From contig NC_008340.1 of assembly GCF_000014785.1 (NCBI RefSeq), positions 2,550,001 to 2,582,000 of the forward strand: a DNA stretch of 32,000 nucleotides, given 5' to 3'. This DNA is from Alkalilimnicola ehrlichii MLHE-1 (lineage in GTDB: Bacteria > Pseudomonadota > Gammaproteobacteria > Nitrococcales > Halorhodospiraceae). The position numbers were made by a program, and so were the translations under genes. Position 1 is the stretch's first letter. Each line of letters starts with the position of its first letter. Below, one piece after another: positions 1 through 8,362 of the stretch. The notes below the pieces were generated by a model. The model saw only the letters and a list, made by a program, of their open reading frames with translations, was not told where the DNA came from and searched no databases.

Positions 1-1458
1 CACGGCGCGGAACAGGGCGCGGCCCTTGTTCAGCGTCTCCTTCCACTCCAGCCGCGGCACCGAGTCGGCCACCACCCCAGCGCCCGCCTGCACGTACACC
101 CGGCCGTCCTTGATCACCGCGGTGCGGATGGCGATGGCGGTATCCAGGTTGCCGGACCAGGACAGGTACCCCACCGCCCCCGAGTACACCCCCCGCTTGA
201 CCGGCTCCACCTCGGCGATGATCTCCATGGCCCGTATCTTCGGCGCCCCGCTCACCGTACCCGCCGGGAAGGTAGCGCGCAGCACCTCCATGGGCCCCTG
301 CCCGGGGCGCAGCCGCCCGGTGACGTTGGAGACGATATGCATGACGTGGGAGTAGCGCTCCACCACCATCCGCTCGGTGACCCGCACGCTGCCGGTGTCC
401 GCCACCCGGCCCACGTCGTTGCGCCCCAGGTCGATGAGCATCAGGTGCTCAGCCAGCTCCTTGGGGTCACTGACCAGATCGGCCTCCAGGGCCAGGTCCT
501 CGGCCTCGTCGTGGCCACGGCGTCGGGTACCGGCGATGGGCCGCACCGTCACCTGGTCGTCCTCCAGCCGCACCAGGATCTCCGGCGACGAGCCGGCCAC
601 GTGGAAATCGCCCAGGTCCAGGTAATACATATAGGGGGAGGGATTGGTGCAGCGCAGCGCCCGGTAGAGGTCCAGCGGCTCCGCCCGGTAGGGCACCGAC
701 ATGCGCTGGGAGGGCACCACCTGCATGCAGTCGCCGGCCAGGATGTACTCGCGGATACGCTCCACCACCGCCTCAAACTCCGGCTGGGTGAAGTTCGAGC
801 GAAAGTCCGACTCCAGCACCCGCCGTGGAGGACGGCGCCGCTGGTAGACCGAGTCGGCGCGGCGCAGCCGCTCGGCCAGCTCCTCCAGGCGCGCCTGCCC
901 GCGTGTCAGCGCCCCCTCGGCGGCCGGGTCCACCTGCACCACCAGGTAGAGGCGGCCGGCCAGGTTGTCGAAGACCAGCACCTCCTCGCTGACCATCAAC
1001 AGGATGTCGGGCACCTCCAGCTCGTCGCGGTTGGCCCGGCCGGCCAGGCGCGGCTCGATATACCCCACGGTCTCGTAGCCGAAGTAGCCCACCAGCCCGC
1101 CGAGAAAGCGGGGCATCTGCGGAAAGCCGGGCGGATCGGCCGCCTTGAAGCGGGCCTGGTAGGCCTCGATCCAGGCCAGCGGATCGTCCACCGGGATGCG
1201 TTCCACCACCCGGTCATCCTCGCTGACCTCCACCTCCTGGCCCCATACCCGCAGCACCGTGCGGCAAGGCAGGCCGATGATGGAATAACGGCCCCACTTC
1301 TCACCGCCCTGGACCGACTCGAACAAATAGGAATAGGGCCCCTGGGCCAGCTTCAGGTAGGTGGACAGCGGGGTGTCCAGATCGGCGAGGATCTCCCGCA
1401 CCAGCGGGACGCGGTTGTAGCCGGCCTCGGCCAGTTCACGCAGTTGTTCCGGTTGCAT
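1..1458 (-). CDS. trpE: anthranilate synthase component I; the C-terminal end runs off the left edge of the window
   Basis: Absent from the ORF track because there is no in-window stop. My reverse-strand translation from ATG 1458..1456 reads [37 protein letters not shown] ... [33 protein letters not shown] ... [33 protein letters not shown]. This is the chorismate-binding TrpE/PabB signature. GGAGA lies 7 nt upstream of the ATG. Confidence 0.9.
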   Translation of the reverse strand, partial: MQPEQLRELAEAGYNRVPLVREILADLDTPLSTYLKLAQGPYSYLFESVQGGEKWGRYSIIGLPCRTVLRVWGQEVEVSEDDRVVERIPVDDPLAWIEAYQARFKAADPPGFPQMPRFLGGLVGYFGYETVGYIEPRLAGRANRDELEVPDILLMVSEEVLVFDNLAGRLYLVVQVDPAAEGALTRGQARLEELAERLRRADSVYQRRRPPRRVLESDFRSNFTQPEFEAVVERIREYILAGDCMQVVPSQRMSVPYRAEPLDLYRALRCTNPSPYMYYLDLGDFHVAGSSPEILVRLEDDQVTVRPIAGTRRRGHDEAEDLALEADLVSDPKELAEHLMLIDLGRNDVGRVADTGSVRVTERMVVERYSHVMHIVSNVTGRLRPGQGPMEVLRATFPAGTVSGAPKIRAMEIIAEVEPVKRGVYSGAVGYLSWSGNLDTAIAIRTAVIKDGRVYVQAGAGVVADSVPRLEWKETLNKGRALFRAV

Positions 1459-1572
1459 GTTGACTCTCCAGGTAATGCAAGACGTGACTCCCTCCGTGCG
1501 CGCCGGGGCCTCACCATCGACGGCGGGCCCGGCGCTGCCGGGGCACATCCACCCTGGAGAGCAGCGCCCCCA

Positions 1573-2262
1573 TCAGGCCGCCCGACTGCGCAGCATGGCG
1601 GGGATTTCCGCCAGGCTCTTGACCATGGCATCGGGGAAGGCGTCCTCGATGGCATTGCCGGCGTTATAACCGTAGGGCACGCAGATCACCTTCATGCCGG
1701 TGTTGCGGGCCGCGCCCACGTCCACCGCCGAGTCGCCCACCATCAACGCCTGTGCGGGCTCCACCCCCAGCCGCTCCAGGGCCAGACGCAGCGGGGCCGG
1801 ATCGGGCTTTTTCACCGGGGCGCACTCGCCGCCCACCACCGTCGCCATATAGCGGCGGATGCCCAGGGTCTCCAACAGCGGCTCGGCAAACCGGCGCGGC
1901 TTGTTGGTCACCACCGCCTGGGCGATACCCAGCTCGGCCACCCCGGCGATGCCCTCGGCCACGCCGGGGTAGAGGCGACTGCGCTCGGCCACCCGCTCAC
2001 CGTAGTACTCGAAGAACTGCTCCAGTGCCGGATCCGTGTGCTCATCACCGGGATCGCCCTCATGCTCGCCGGTCAGGGCCCGCATAATCAGGCGCCGGGC
2101 CCCGTTGCCCACCCAGCGGCGAATCTCGTTCTCTTCCCGGGGCTGCTGGCCCAGGTCGGCCAGCACGCGGTTAACCGCCACCGCCAGGTCCGGTGCGCTA
2201 TCGACCAGGGTGCCGTCCAGATCGTAGAGCACCGCGCGAATCCTGCTCAGGTCAGCCTTCAT
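1573..2262 (-). CDS. gph: phosphoglycolate phosphatase (HAD superfamily)
   Basis: 229-aa ORF with an ATG start. HAD motif I is present (VLYDLDGTLVDS), as is the C-terminal MVGDSAVDV motif. It lies directly upstream of trpE on the same strand, a common proteobacterial arrangement. Confidence 0.85.
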   Translation of the reverse strand: MKADLSRIRAVLYDLDGTLVDSAPDLAVAVNRVLADLGQQPREENEIRRWVGNGARRLIMRALTGEHEGDPGDEHTDPALEQFFEYYGERVAERSRLYPGVAEGIAGVAELGIAQAVVTNKPRRFAEPLLETLGIRRYMATVVGGECAPVKKPDPAPLRLALERLGVEPAQALMVGDSAVDVGAARNTGMKVICVPYGYNAGNAIEDAFPDAMVKSLAEIPAMLRSRAA

Positions 2263-2370
2263 AATAAGAACGCTCTCAAAACTGCCGTTGAATGATAAAT
2301 AGAGGCGTACTTTAACCCAAGCCCGGCCCTCGGTGCATGCCGGACTGCCGCGCCCGGGTATAGGCCGCCA

Positions 2371-3171
2371 TCAGGTGTGGTGCCGGCGCAGCAGTTCCCA
2401 GGCCTCGCGTAACTCCCGGGTGCGGTTGGCGGCATGGCGCACCTCCGTCTCGCTGCCGCCGCGCGCCTGCACCCGGTCCGGATGGTGCCGGCTGAGGGCC
2501 CGGCGATAGGCCCGCCGCACTGCGGCCTGATCGGCATCGGCGCCGACCCCGAGCAGGGCCCGGGCGCGGGCGACACCGTCGGGGGCCCCCGCGGCCCCGG
2601 CCCGGCCGGGCCGGTGGCGACCGCCGGCCAGGCGCTGATCCAGATCCCGCCGCGACAGCCCCAACCCCCGCCAGACGCGGACCAGCAGCCGGTACTGGGC
2701 CCCCTCCGGCGGCCCGTCCGCCGAGGCCACCCGGACCAACGCCGCGAGCACCCGGGCCCGCCACTCCGGCCGCGCCCGCAGCCCCCGGCGTAGGGCGCGC
2801 AACATCGGCCGCAGCGGCAGACCGGCGTCCCGGCCGCGGCGGAAGACGGTGATCGCCCGACGCCGGCGCAGGCCGGTGAAGCGCAACTCCGCCAGCACCG
2901 CCTCGGTCACCGCCACCTCGGCCTCGCTCACCCGACCGTCGACCTTCGCCAGCCGCCCCATCAATGCCAACAGCACACCGGCGCAGCGACGCTCCGGCCC
3001 GTCCAGGTCGCAGCCGGACCAGACCCAGCCGAAATAGCGGTGATGGCGCACCACCCCATCGGCCACCCAGCCCAACACGAACCCGGCCACGGCGCCCACA
3101 GCGCCGGCCAGCAGCCCGCCCAGCAGCAGCCCGGTGATCCGGGCCAGGTAGCCCTGCCAGTAACGCTTCAC
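2371..3171 (-). CDS. djlA: DnaJ-like co-chaperone DjlA: N-terminal TM helix, TerB-like domain, C-terminal J domain
   Basis: The track ORF 2371..3252 is TTG-extended. I place the start at GTG 3171 (GAGG 5 nt upstream) because VKRYWQGYLARITGLLLGG resembles the E. coli DjlA N-terminus as I remember it. The middle segment LMGRLAKVDGRVSEAEV is TerB-like. The C-terminal J domain carries HPD (AYRRALSRHHPDRV). Confidence 0.75.
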   Translation of the reverse strand: MKRYWQGYLARITGLLLGGLLAGAVGAVAGFVLGWVADGVVRHHRYFGWVWSGCDLDGPERRCAGVLLALMGRLAKVDGRVSEAEVAVTEAVLAELRFTGLRRRRAITVFRRGRDAGLPLRPMLRALRRGLRARPEWRARVLAALVRVASADGPPEGAQYRLLVRVWRGLGLSRRDLDQRLAGGRHRPGRAGAAGAPDGVARARALLGVGADADQAAVRRAYRRALSRHHPDRVQARGGSETEVRHAANRTRELREAWELLRRHHT

Positions 3172-3241
3172 CCTCGCCTCAATGCGCTGCCACAAAGCGG
3201 CTAAGGATAAACCACCCGGCCGCCGGCGGGCACCCGGCTTG

Positions 3242-3285
3242 CAATTGCACAAGTGATGTACAATAGTTATACAATCTTTTCACAG
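3242..3285 (+). promoter_or_regulatory. candidate sigma70 promoter overlapped by four 11-bp direct repeats (CarH/LitR-type operator candidate)
   Basis: This is the only AT-rich patch in the djlA/oxidoreductase divergent region. The promoter candidate is TTGCAC (3245-3250), 17 nt, TATACA (3268-3273). ACA occurs at 3249, 3260, 3271 and 3282, exactly 11 bp apart. The 11-mers are caattgcACAa, gtgatgtACAa, tagttatACAa and tcttttcACAg. GGAGGG lies 8 nt before the ATG at 3300. Confidence 0.45.
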
Positions 3286-3299
3286 CGGAGGGCGGCAAC

Positions 3300-4655
3300 A
3301 TGGCTGAGGGGCATATCGCCGTGGTCGGCGGCGGTGTTTCGGGACTGACTGCAGCCTGGCTCCTCAGCCGGCGCTATCGGGTCACGCTGTTCGAGCGCAA
3401 CGGCTACGTCGGCGGGCACACCCATACCGTGGAGGCCATGCTCCCCGAGGGCGCCGTCCCGGTGGATACCGGCTTTATTGTCTACAACGAGCCGAATTAC
3501 CCGGGGCTCACGGCACTCTTTCGCCACCTGGGGGTCCCCACCCGGCCCAGCGACATGTCCTTCGCGCTGTCGGTACTGGACGAGGACATCGAATGGTCGG
3601 GCGACAACCTGGGCACCCTGTTCGCCCGGCGCCGCCACCTGCTCAGCCCCCGCTTCCTGCGCATGGTCGTGGATATCCTGCGCTTCAACCGCCACGCCCG
3701 CGGCTACCTGCGCCGCGGCGTCCCGGAGCGGCTGACCCTCGGCGACTACCTGCGCGAGCGCGGCCTGGGGCGCGGTTTCACCGACCACTACCTGCTGCCC
3801 ATGGCGGCCGCCATCTGGTCCTGCCCCCAGGCCAGCCTGCACGAGTTCCCGCTGGCGCGCTTTCTGCGCTTTTTTGACCAGCACGGACTGATCCGACTCG
3901 GCAACCGACCGCAATGGCGCACCGTCCAGGGCGGCGGCCGCGAGTATGTCCAACGCATGCTGCCCGCCCTCCACGCCTACCATATCAACACCCCCGTGCG
4001 GCGGGTGCAGCGGACAACCGACGGCGTCACGCTCTTCGGTGATGGCGGGTGTCTCGGCCACTTCGACCAGGTGGTCCTGGGCGGGCACGCCGACGAGAGC
4101 CTGGCCATGCTGGCCCAGCCCAGTGACGACGAGGCCGCACTGCTCGGCCGTTTCCGTTACCAGAGCAACGAGGCCGTGCTGCACACCGATCCAGCCCTGA
4201 TGCCCCGCCGCCGCGCGATCTGGGCCAGCTGGAACCACCTGACGCGGCGGGACGAGGCGGGCCGGCAACCGGTCTCGGTCACCTATTGGATGAACCGCCT
4301 GCAAGGGCTCACCACCCATCGTGATCTGTTCGTCACCCTCAACCCCGCCATCCCGGTCCGGGAGGAGCAGGTGCTGCGGCGGATGCATTACAGTCACCCG
4401 GTGTTCGACCGTGATACCCACCGCGCACAACAGGGGCTGCCCCGTCTCCAGGGCCGGCGGCACACTTGGTTCTGCGGCAGCTATTTCGGCTATGGTTTCC
4501 ATGAGGACGGAGTGCAGTCCGCCGTCCGGGTGGCCTGGGGGCTGGGCGTCGCCGCGCCCTGGGCGACGACCACGACCGCCGACACCGCAACCGATATCGG
4601 CCCCGAGGGCACGCCCGACTGGGCCGTCGCCTGCGCGGGGGAGGAGCGGCGATGA
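3300..4655 (+). CDS. NAD(P)/FAD-dependent oxidoreductase (amine-oxidase / desaturase-like flavoprotein)
   Basis: 451 aa. The N-terminal dinucleotide-binding fingerprint is IAVVGGGVSGLTAAWLL...VTLFE. This family is commonly paired with Cfa-like methyltransferases. Its stop overlaps the next start (ATGA at 4652-4655). Confidence 0.8.
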   Translation: MAEGHIAVVGGGVSGLTAAWLLSRRYRVTLFERNGYVGGHTHTVEAMLPEGAVPVDTGFIVYNEPNYPGLTALFRHLGVPTRPSDMSFALSVLDEDIEWSGDNLGTLFARRRHLLSPRFLRMVVDILRFNRHARGYLRRGVPERLTLGDYLRERGLGRGFTDHYLLPMAAAIWSCPQASLHEFPLARFLRFFDQHGLIRLGNRPQWRTVQGGGREYVQRMLPALHAYHINTPVRRVQRTTDGVTLFGDGGCLGHFDQVVLGGHADESLAMLAQPSDDEAALLGRFRYQSNEAVLHTDPALMPRRRAIWASWNHLTRRDEAGRQPVSVTYWMNRLQGLTTHRDLFVTLNPAIPVREEQVLRRMHYSHPVFDRDTHRAQQGLPRLQGRRHTWFCGSYFGYGFHEDGVQSAVRVAWGLGVAAPWATTTTADTATDIGPEGTPDWAVACAGEERR

Positions 4656-5905
4656 CGGAACTTGGCCGCGGCGCCCGGCTGAGCGCACCGCTGCCCCGCA
4701 GCGTGCGGCCCATGGGCCGCTGGCTGCGGCGGCTGGCGGCGGGCACCCTGCACCTGCGCCTGCCCGGGGGCGAATCCATCACCGTCACCGCGCCGGCGCC
4801 CGGCCCGGAGGCCACCTGGGTGCTGCACCGGCCGCTGCGACTCATCCGCTGCCTGCTGCACCGCGGCGACCTGGGCCTGGCGGAGAGCTACATAGCCGGT
4901 GACTGGGACAGCCCGCAGACCGCCCGCCTGCTGGAGCTGCTCAACGCCAACCACAGCGCCTACAACTACCGGCTGCGTGGCCGCTGGCTAACCCGCCTGA
5001 CCCTGTGGCTGTTTCATCGCGCCCGGGCCAACACCCGGCGCGGCGCGCGGCGTAACATCATGGCCCACTACGACTTGGGCAATGCCTTTTACCGGCTCTG
5101 GCTGGACCCCGGCATGACCTACTCCGGCGCCTGGTACGCGGCCCCGGCCATGGACCTGGCACAGGCCCAGGACGCCAAATACACCGCCATCCTGCAGACG
5201 CTGGCGGCCCGGCCGGGGGAGCACGTGCTGGAGATCGGCTGCGGCTGGGGCGGGTTCGCGGAGGCGGCCGCCCGGGCCGGCCTGCGCGTCACCGGCGTCA
5301 CCCTCTCACCCAACCAACTGGCGTGGGCCCGGGAGCGCATCCGAAAGGCCGGGCTGGAGGACCGCGTGGTGCTGCGTCTGCAGGACTACCGGGCCCTGAG
5401 CGGGCAGTACGACCACGTGGTCTCGATCGAGATGTTCGAGGCCGTGGGCGAGGCCCACTGGCAGACCTGGTTCGAAACGGTGCACCGCTGCCTACGGCCG
5501 GGGGGGCGGGCGCTGGCGCAGATCATCACCATCCGCGAGGACGCCTTCGAGAGCTACCGCGCCCACCCGGATTTCATCCAGCGCTACATCTTCCCCGGCG
5601 GCATGCTGCCCAGCCGCAGCCACCTGCGAAGCCACGCCCGGGCGGCGGGGCTGGAAGTGGCCACCATGGCCGCGAGTGGCACCCACTACGCGCGCACCCT
5701 GGCCGACTGGGACGCCCGCTTCCAGGCGGCGACACCCGCCCTGGAGGCATTGGGCTTCGACCTCCGTTTCCGCCGTATGTGGCACTATTATCTGGCATAC
5801 TGCGAGGCAGGCTTCCGGTCCGGGCACATTGACCTGCAGCGACTGGTCATGCAGGTCTCTCCCTCCCCACCGCAACCGCGTTTGATCGCCGAGACACCAT
5901 GCTGA
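4652..5905 (+). CDS. cyclopropane-fatty-acyl-phospholipid synthase family SAM-dependent methyltransferase
   Basis: 417 aa. It has the SAM-binding motif VLEIGCGWGG, an N-terminal GDLGLAESYIAGDWD segment, and the C-terminal WHYYLAYCEAGF typical of the Cfa / mycolic-acid methyltransferase family. GGAGGAG precedes the ATG. Confidence 0.85.
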   Translation: MTELGRGARLSAPLPRSVRPMGRWLRRLAAGTLHLRLPGGESITVTAPAPGPEATWVLHRPLRLIRCLLHRGDLGLAESYIAGDWDSPQTARLLELLNANHSAYNYRLRGRWLTRLTLWLFHRARANTRRGARRNIMAHYDLGNAFYRLWLDPGMTYSGAWYAAPAMDLAQAQDAKYTAILQTLAARPGEHVLEIGCGWGGFAEAAARAGLRVTGVTLSPNQLAWARERIRKAGLEDRVVLRLQDYRALSGQYDHVVSIEMFEAVGEAHWQTWFETVHRCLRPGGRALAQIITIREDAFESYRAHPDFIQRYIFPGGMLPSRSHLRSHARAAGLEVATMAASGTHYARTLADWDARFQAATPALEALGFDLRFRRMWHYYLAYCEAGFRSGHIDLQRLVMQVSPSPPQPRLIAETPC

Positions 5906-6807
5906 CGGTAGACGGTCTATACCCCATCCGCACCGCCACGGCCCTCACCGGGGTCAACCCCGTGACCCTGCGCGCCTGGGAGCGCCGGTACGGGCTGATC
6001 CGGCCCCAGCGCACCCCCAAGGGCCACCGGCTCTACACCGAGGCGGACATTGCCCGCATCAAACGCATCCTGGAACTGCTGGAGCAAGGCATCCCCATCA
6101 GCCGCACCCGCGAGGTGCTGGACCGTGAGGCCGGGCTGAACGCCCCGGCAGGGGCGACAGCCGCCCCCTCCGGCGAGACCCCCTGGACGCAGTACCGGGA
6201 TCAACTCCGCCAGGGCATCACCGCACTCGACGCCCTGAGCCTGGACCGCGCCTACAACGAGGCCCTGTCCCTCTACCCGTTGGAGCTGGTGGGCCGGGAG
6301 TTGCTGCTGCCCCTGCTGGACGACTATCGGGCGGGGGCGGCCGCCGGGGGTGAGCGCCAGCTTCAGGCCCACTTTCTCGAGGCCTACCTGCGCCACCGGC
6401 TCGGCGCCCGCTTCCACCACCAGCTCGCGCGGGCCCGCGGCCCGCGGGTGCTCAGTGCCTGCCTCCCCGGCGAGATTTGCGAGATCCCCACACTGTTCTT
6501 TGCCCTGTGCGCGGTCGAACACGGCTACCGGGTGGTCTACACCGGCCGGCCGCTACCGCTGGAGGTGGTCACCGGGGCGGCCCGGCGCGAGGACCTGGCC
6601 GCGACCCTCCTGTACGGCGACTGTCGCGCCGACCGGGGCAGCCTGCAGGCGGTGCTGAGCCGACTGCCCGACACCCCCGCCCACCGCCTCTTCCTCTCCG
6701 GCCCCGGTGCCGCGGAGGCGGCGGTAGCCCCGATCCAGGCCCTGCCCGCGGACATCAGCCGGGCGCTCCAGACCCTGGACCGGGCTCTGCTCACCCCCAC
6801 CGACTGA
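5899..6807 (+). CDS. MerR-family transcriptional regulator with a CarH/LitR-like C-terminal B12-binding-like domain (degenerate motif)
   Basis: 302 aa. The N-terminal MerR HTH is YPIRTATALTGVNPVTLRAWERRYGLIRPQRTPKGHRLYTEADIARI. The C-terminal segment RVLSACLPGEICEIPTLFFALCAVEHGYRVVYTGRPLPLE follows the beta-loop-helix pattern of the cobalamin-binding D/ExHxxG module, but with C in place of H and P in place of G. The start overlaps the Cfa-like stop by 7 nt. Confidence 0.7.
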   Translation: MLTVDGLYPIRTATALTGVNPVTLRAWERRYGLIRPQRTPKGHRLYTEADIARIKRILELLEQGIPISRTREVLDREAGLNAPAGATAAPSGETPWTQYRDQLRQGITALDALSLDRAYNEALSLYPLELVGRELLLPLLDDYRAGAAAGGERQLQAHFLEAYLRHRLGARFHHQLARARGPRVLSACLPGEICEIPTLFFALCAVEHGYRVVYTGRPLPLEVVTGAARREDLAATLLYGDCRADRGSLQAVLSRLPDTPAHRLFLSGPGAAEAAVAPIQALPADISRALQTLDRALLTPTD

Positions 6808-6824
6808 GCGGGGCAACAACACCC

Positions 6825-8264
6825 ATGGGCGATGCCACCCTGGTCTGGCTGCGACGCGACCTGCGCCTGACCGACAACCCGGCCCTCGACCAGGCCGCCC
6901 GGCGGGGCGGGCCGGTGATCGCGGTCTATCTCCACGCGCCGGAGGAGACCCCGCAGTACCCGCCCGGAGCCGCCAGCCACTGGTACCTGCACCACAGCCT
7001 CAAGGCCCTGGGCCCGGCCCTGGCCCAGGCGGGCATCCCACTGGTGCTGCGCCGCGGCCCGGCCCTGGCGACCCTGCGGGCGCTGATCCGCGCCACGGGC
7101 GCCGGCGCAGTCTACTGGAACCGGCTTTACGAGCCCGATGCCGTGGCCCGCGATCGGACGGTGAAACAGGCGCTGCGCACGGAGGGCCTCGACTGCCGCA
7201 GCTTCCCGACCGCCCTGCTGCACGAACCCTGGGCCGTGCGTAATCAGGCCGACCGGCCCTACCGGGCCTTCACCCCCTTCTGGCGCGCCTGCCGCCGCCA
7301 GCCGCCGCCGGCGGCACCCCTGCCCGCCCCCGACCTGCGCGACCGTCCGGTGCCGGCGGTGGAGGGCCTCGACCTGGCGGCGCTGGGGCTGCTGCCCCGC
7401 ACCCCCTGGGACACCGGGCTGCGCAACACCTGGCAGGCCGGCGAGTCGGCCGCGCTGGCCCGGCTGGAGGCCTTCGCCGCCGACCGGCTGGCGCGCTATG
7501 CCCAGGACCGGGACCGACCCGCCGAGCCCGGCACCTCCGGCCTGTCACCGGCGCTGCACTTCGGCGAGCTCTCGCCGCGCCAGGTCTGGTGGCAGGTAAT
7601 GGCGGCACGCGAGGCCGGGGTGCCCGAGGATGCCTGCGAGACCTTCCTCTCCGAGCTGGGCTGGCGCGAGTTCGCCCACCACCTGCTCTGGTCCCACCCG
7701 GATCTGGGGGACGCCCCGGTGGATGACCGCTTCGGCGCTTTCCCTTGGCGCCCCGACCCCGGCGATGGATGGCTGCACGCCTGGCAGGCCGGCCGCACCG
7801 GCATTCCGCTGGTGGACGCCGGCATGCACGAACTCTGGCAAACGGGCTGGATGCACAACCGGGTGCGCATGGTGACCGGCTCGTTCCTGGTCAAGCACCT
7901 GCGACTGCCCTGGCAGCGGGGCGAGCGCTGGTTCCGGGACACCCTGGTGGACTGGGATGCGGCCAGCAACGCCATGGGCTGGCAGTGGGTGGCCGGCTGC
8001 GGGGCCGACGCCGCGCCCTACTTCCGGATCTTCAACCCGGTGCGCCAGGGTGAGCGCTTCGACCCCCAGGGGCGCTACGTGCGCCGCTGGCTGCCGGCCC
8101 TGGCCAACCTCCCCGACAAATACATTCACGCCCCCTGGACGGCGCCCGAGGCGGTGCTGCGCCGGGCCGGGGTCACCCTGGGGTCCGACTACCCGTGCCC
8201 GCTGATCGACCTGCGGCTGGGCCGGGAACAGGCCCTGTCCGCCTTCCAGGCCATCAAGGGCTGA
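6825..8264 (+). CDS. phrB: deoxyribodipyrimidine photo-lyase (class I CPD photolyase / cryptochrome family)
   Basis: I use the internal ATG at 6825 of track ORF 6477..8264. The N-terminus [24 protein letters not shown] is photolyase-like. FAD-domain motifs are [25 protein letters not shown] and [20 protein letters not shown]. The upstream 116 codons of the ORF overlap the regulator gene and are P/G/R-rich. Confidence 0.9.
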   Translation: MGDATLVWLRRDLRLTDNPALDQAARRGGPVIAVYLHAPEETPQYPPGAASHWYLHHSLKALGPALAQAGIPLVLRRGPALATLRALIRATGAGAVYWNRLYEPDAVARDRTVKQALRTEGLDCRSFPTALLHEPWAVRNQADRPYRAFTPFWRACRRQPPPAAPLPAPDLRDRPVPAVEGLDLAALGLLPRTPWDTGLRNTWQAGESAALARLEAFAADRLARYAQDRDRPAEPGTSGLSPALHFGELSPRQVWWQVMAAREAGVPEDACETFLSELGWREFAHHLLWSHPDLGDAPVDDRFGAFPWRPDPGDGWLHAWQAGRTGIPLVDAGMHELWQTGWMHNRVRMVTGSFLVKHLRLPWQRGERWFRDTLVDWDAASNAMGWQWVAGCGADAAPYFRIFNPVRQGERFDPQGRYVRRWLPALANLPDKYIHAPWTAPEAVLRRAGVTLGSDYPCPLIDLRLGREQALSAFQAIKG

Positions 8265-8282
8265 GCCGCGGACGGTGCGGCG

Positions 8283-8320
8283 GATGGGCGCCGGACGCGG
8301 CACCGGGCGCCCATCTGTTG
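8283..8320 (+). terminator. stem-loop downstream of phrB (possible operon terminator; weak T tract)
   Basis: GATGGGCGCC (8283-8292) pairs perfectly with GGCGCCCATC (8306-8315) across a 13-nt loop, followed by tgttgt. There is no strong U run, so intrinsic termination is uncertain. Confidence 0.35.
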
Positions 8321-8362
8321 TACCATCCGGCCCAAACCACCGGAATGCGGGAGCACCCCCTC

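Noticed and set aside
1459-1572. A possible trp attenuator or leader peptide between gph and trpE.
   Set aside because: There is no short ORF with tandem Trp codons and no terminator/antiterminator pair followed by a U tract. Only a small CCCGGC/GCCGGG hairpin is present. trpE is probably co-transcribed with gph.
337-2295. A 652-aa plus-strand ORF, together with similar very long ORFs at 3267-4688(-), 11822-13891(+), 14056-16710(-), 23081-24181(+), 25689-26909(+), 26970-28952(+) and 30413-31660(+).
   Set aside because: All lie antisense to genes with unambiguous homology (trpE/gph, the oxidoreductase, tkt, metK/ahcY, yejF, yejB, yejA, the receptor). Their products are low-complexity and rich in R, G, H, P, A and L, with no recognisable domains. 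This is the expected shadow-ORF effect in a high-GC genome.
6477-6824. N-terminal extensions in the track ORFs of phrB (6477), purC (8195), metK (13933), the RimB-like gene (18396), the lipoprotein (21192), rnt (22505), yejA (28871), djlA (3252) and the receptor (31822).
   Set aside because: The track takes the furthest ATG/GTG/TTG. The extensions overlap upstream genes or repeat clusters, are P/G/R-rich, and precede internal starts that have SD sequences and homology-consistent N-termini or signal peptides.
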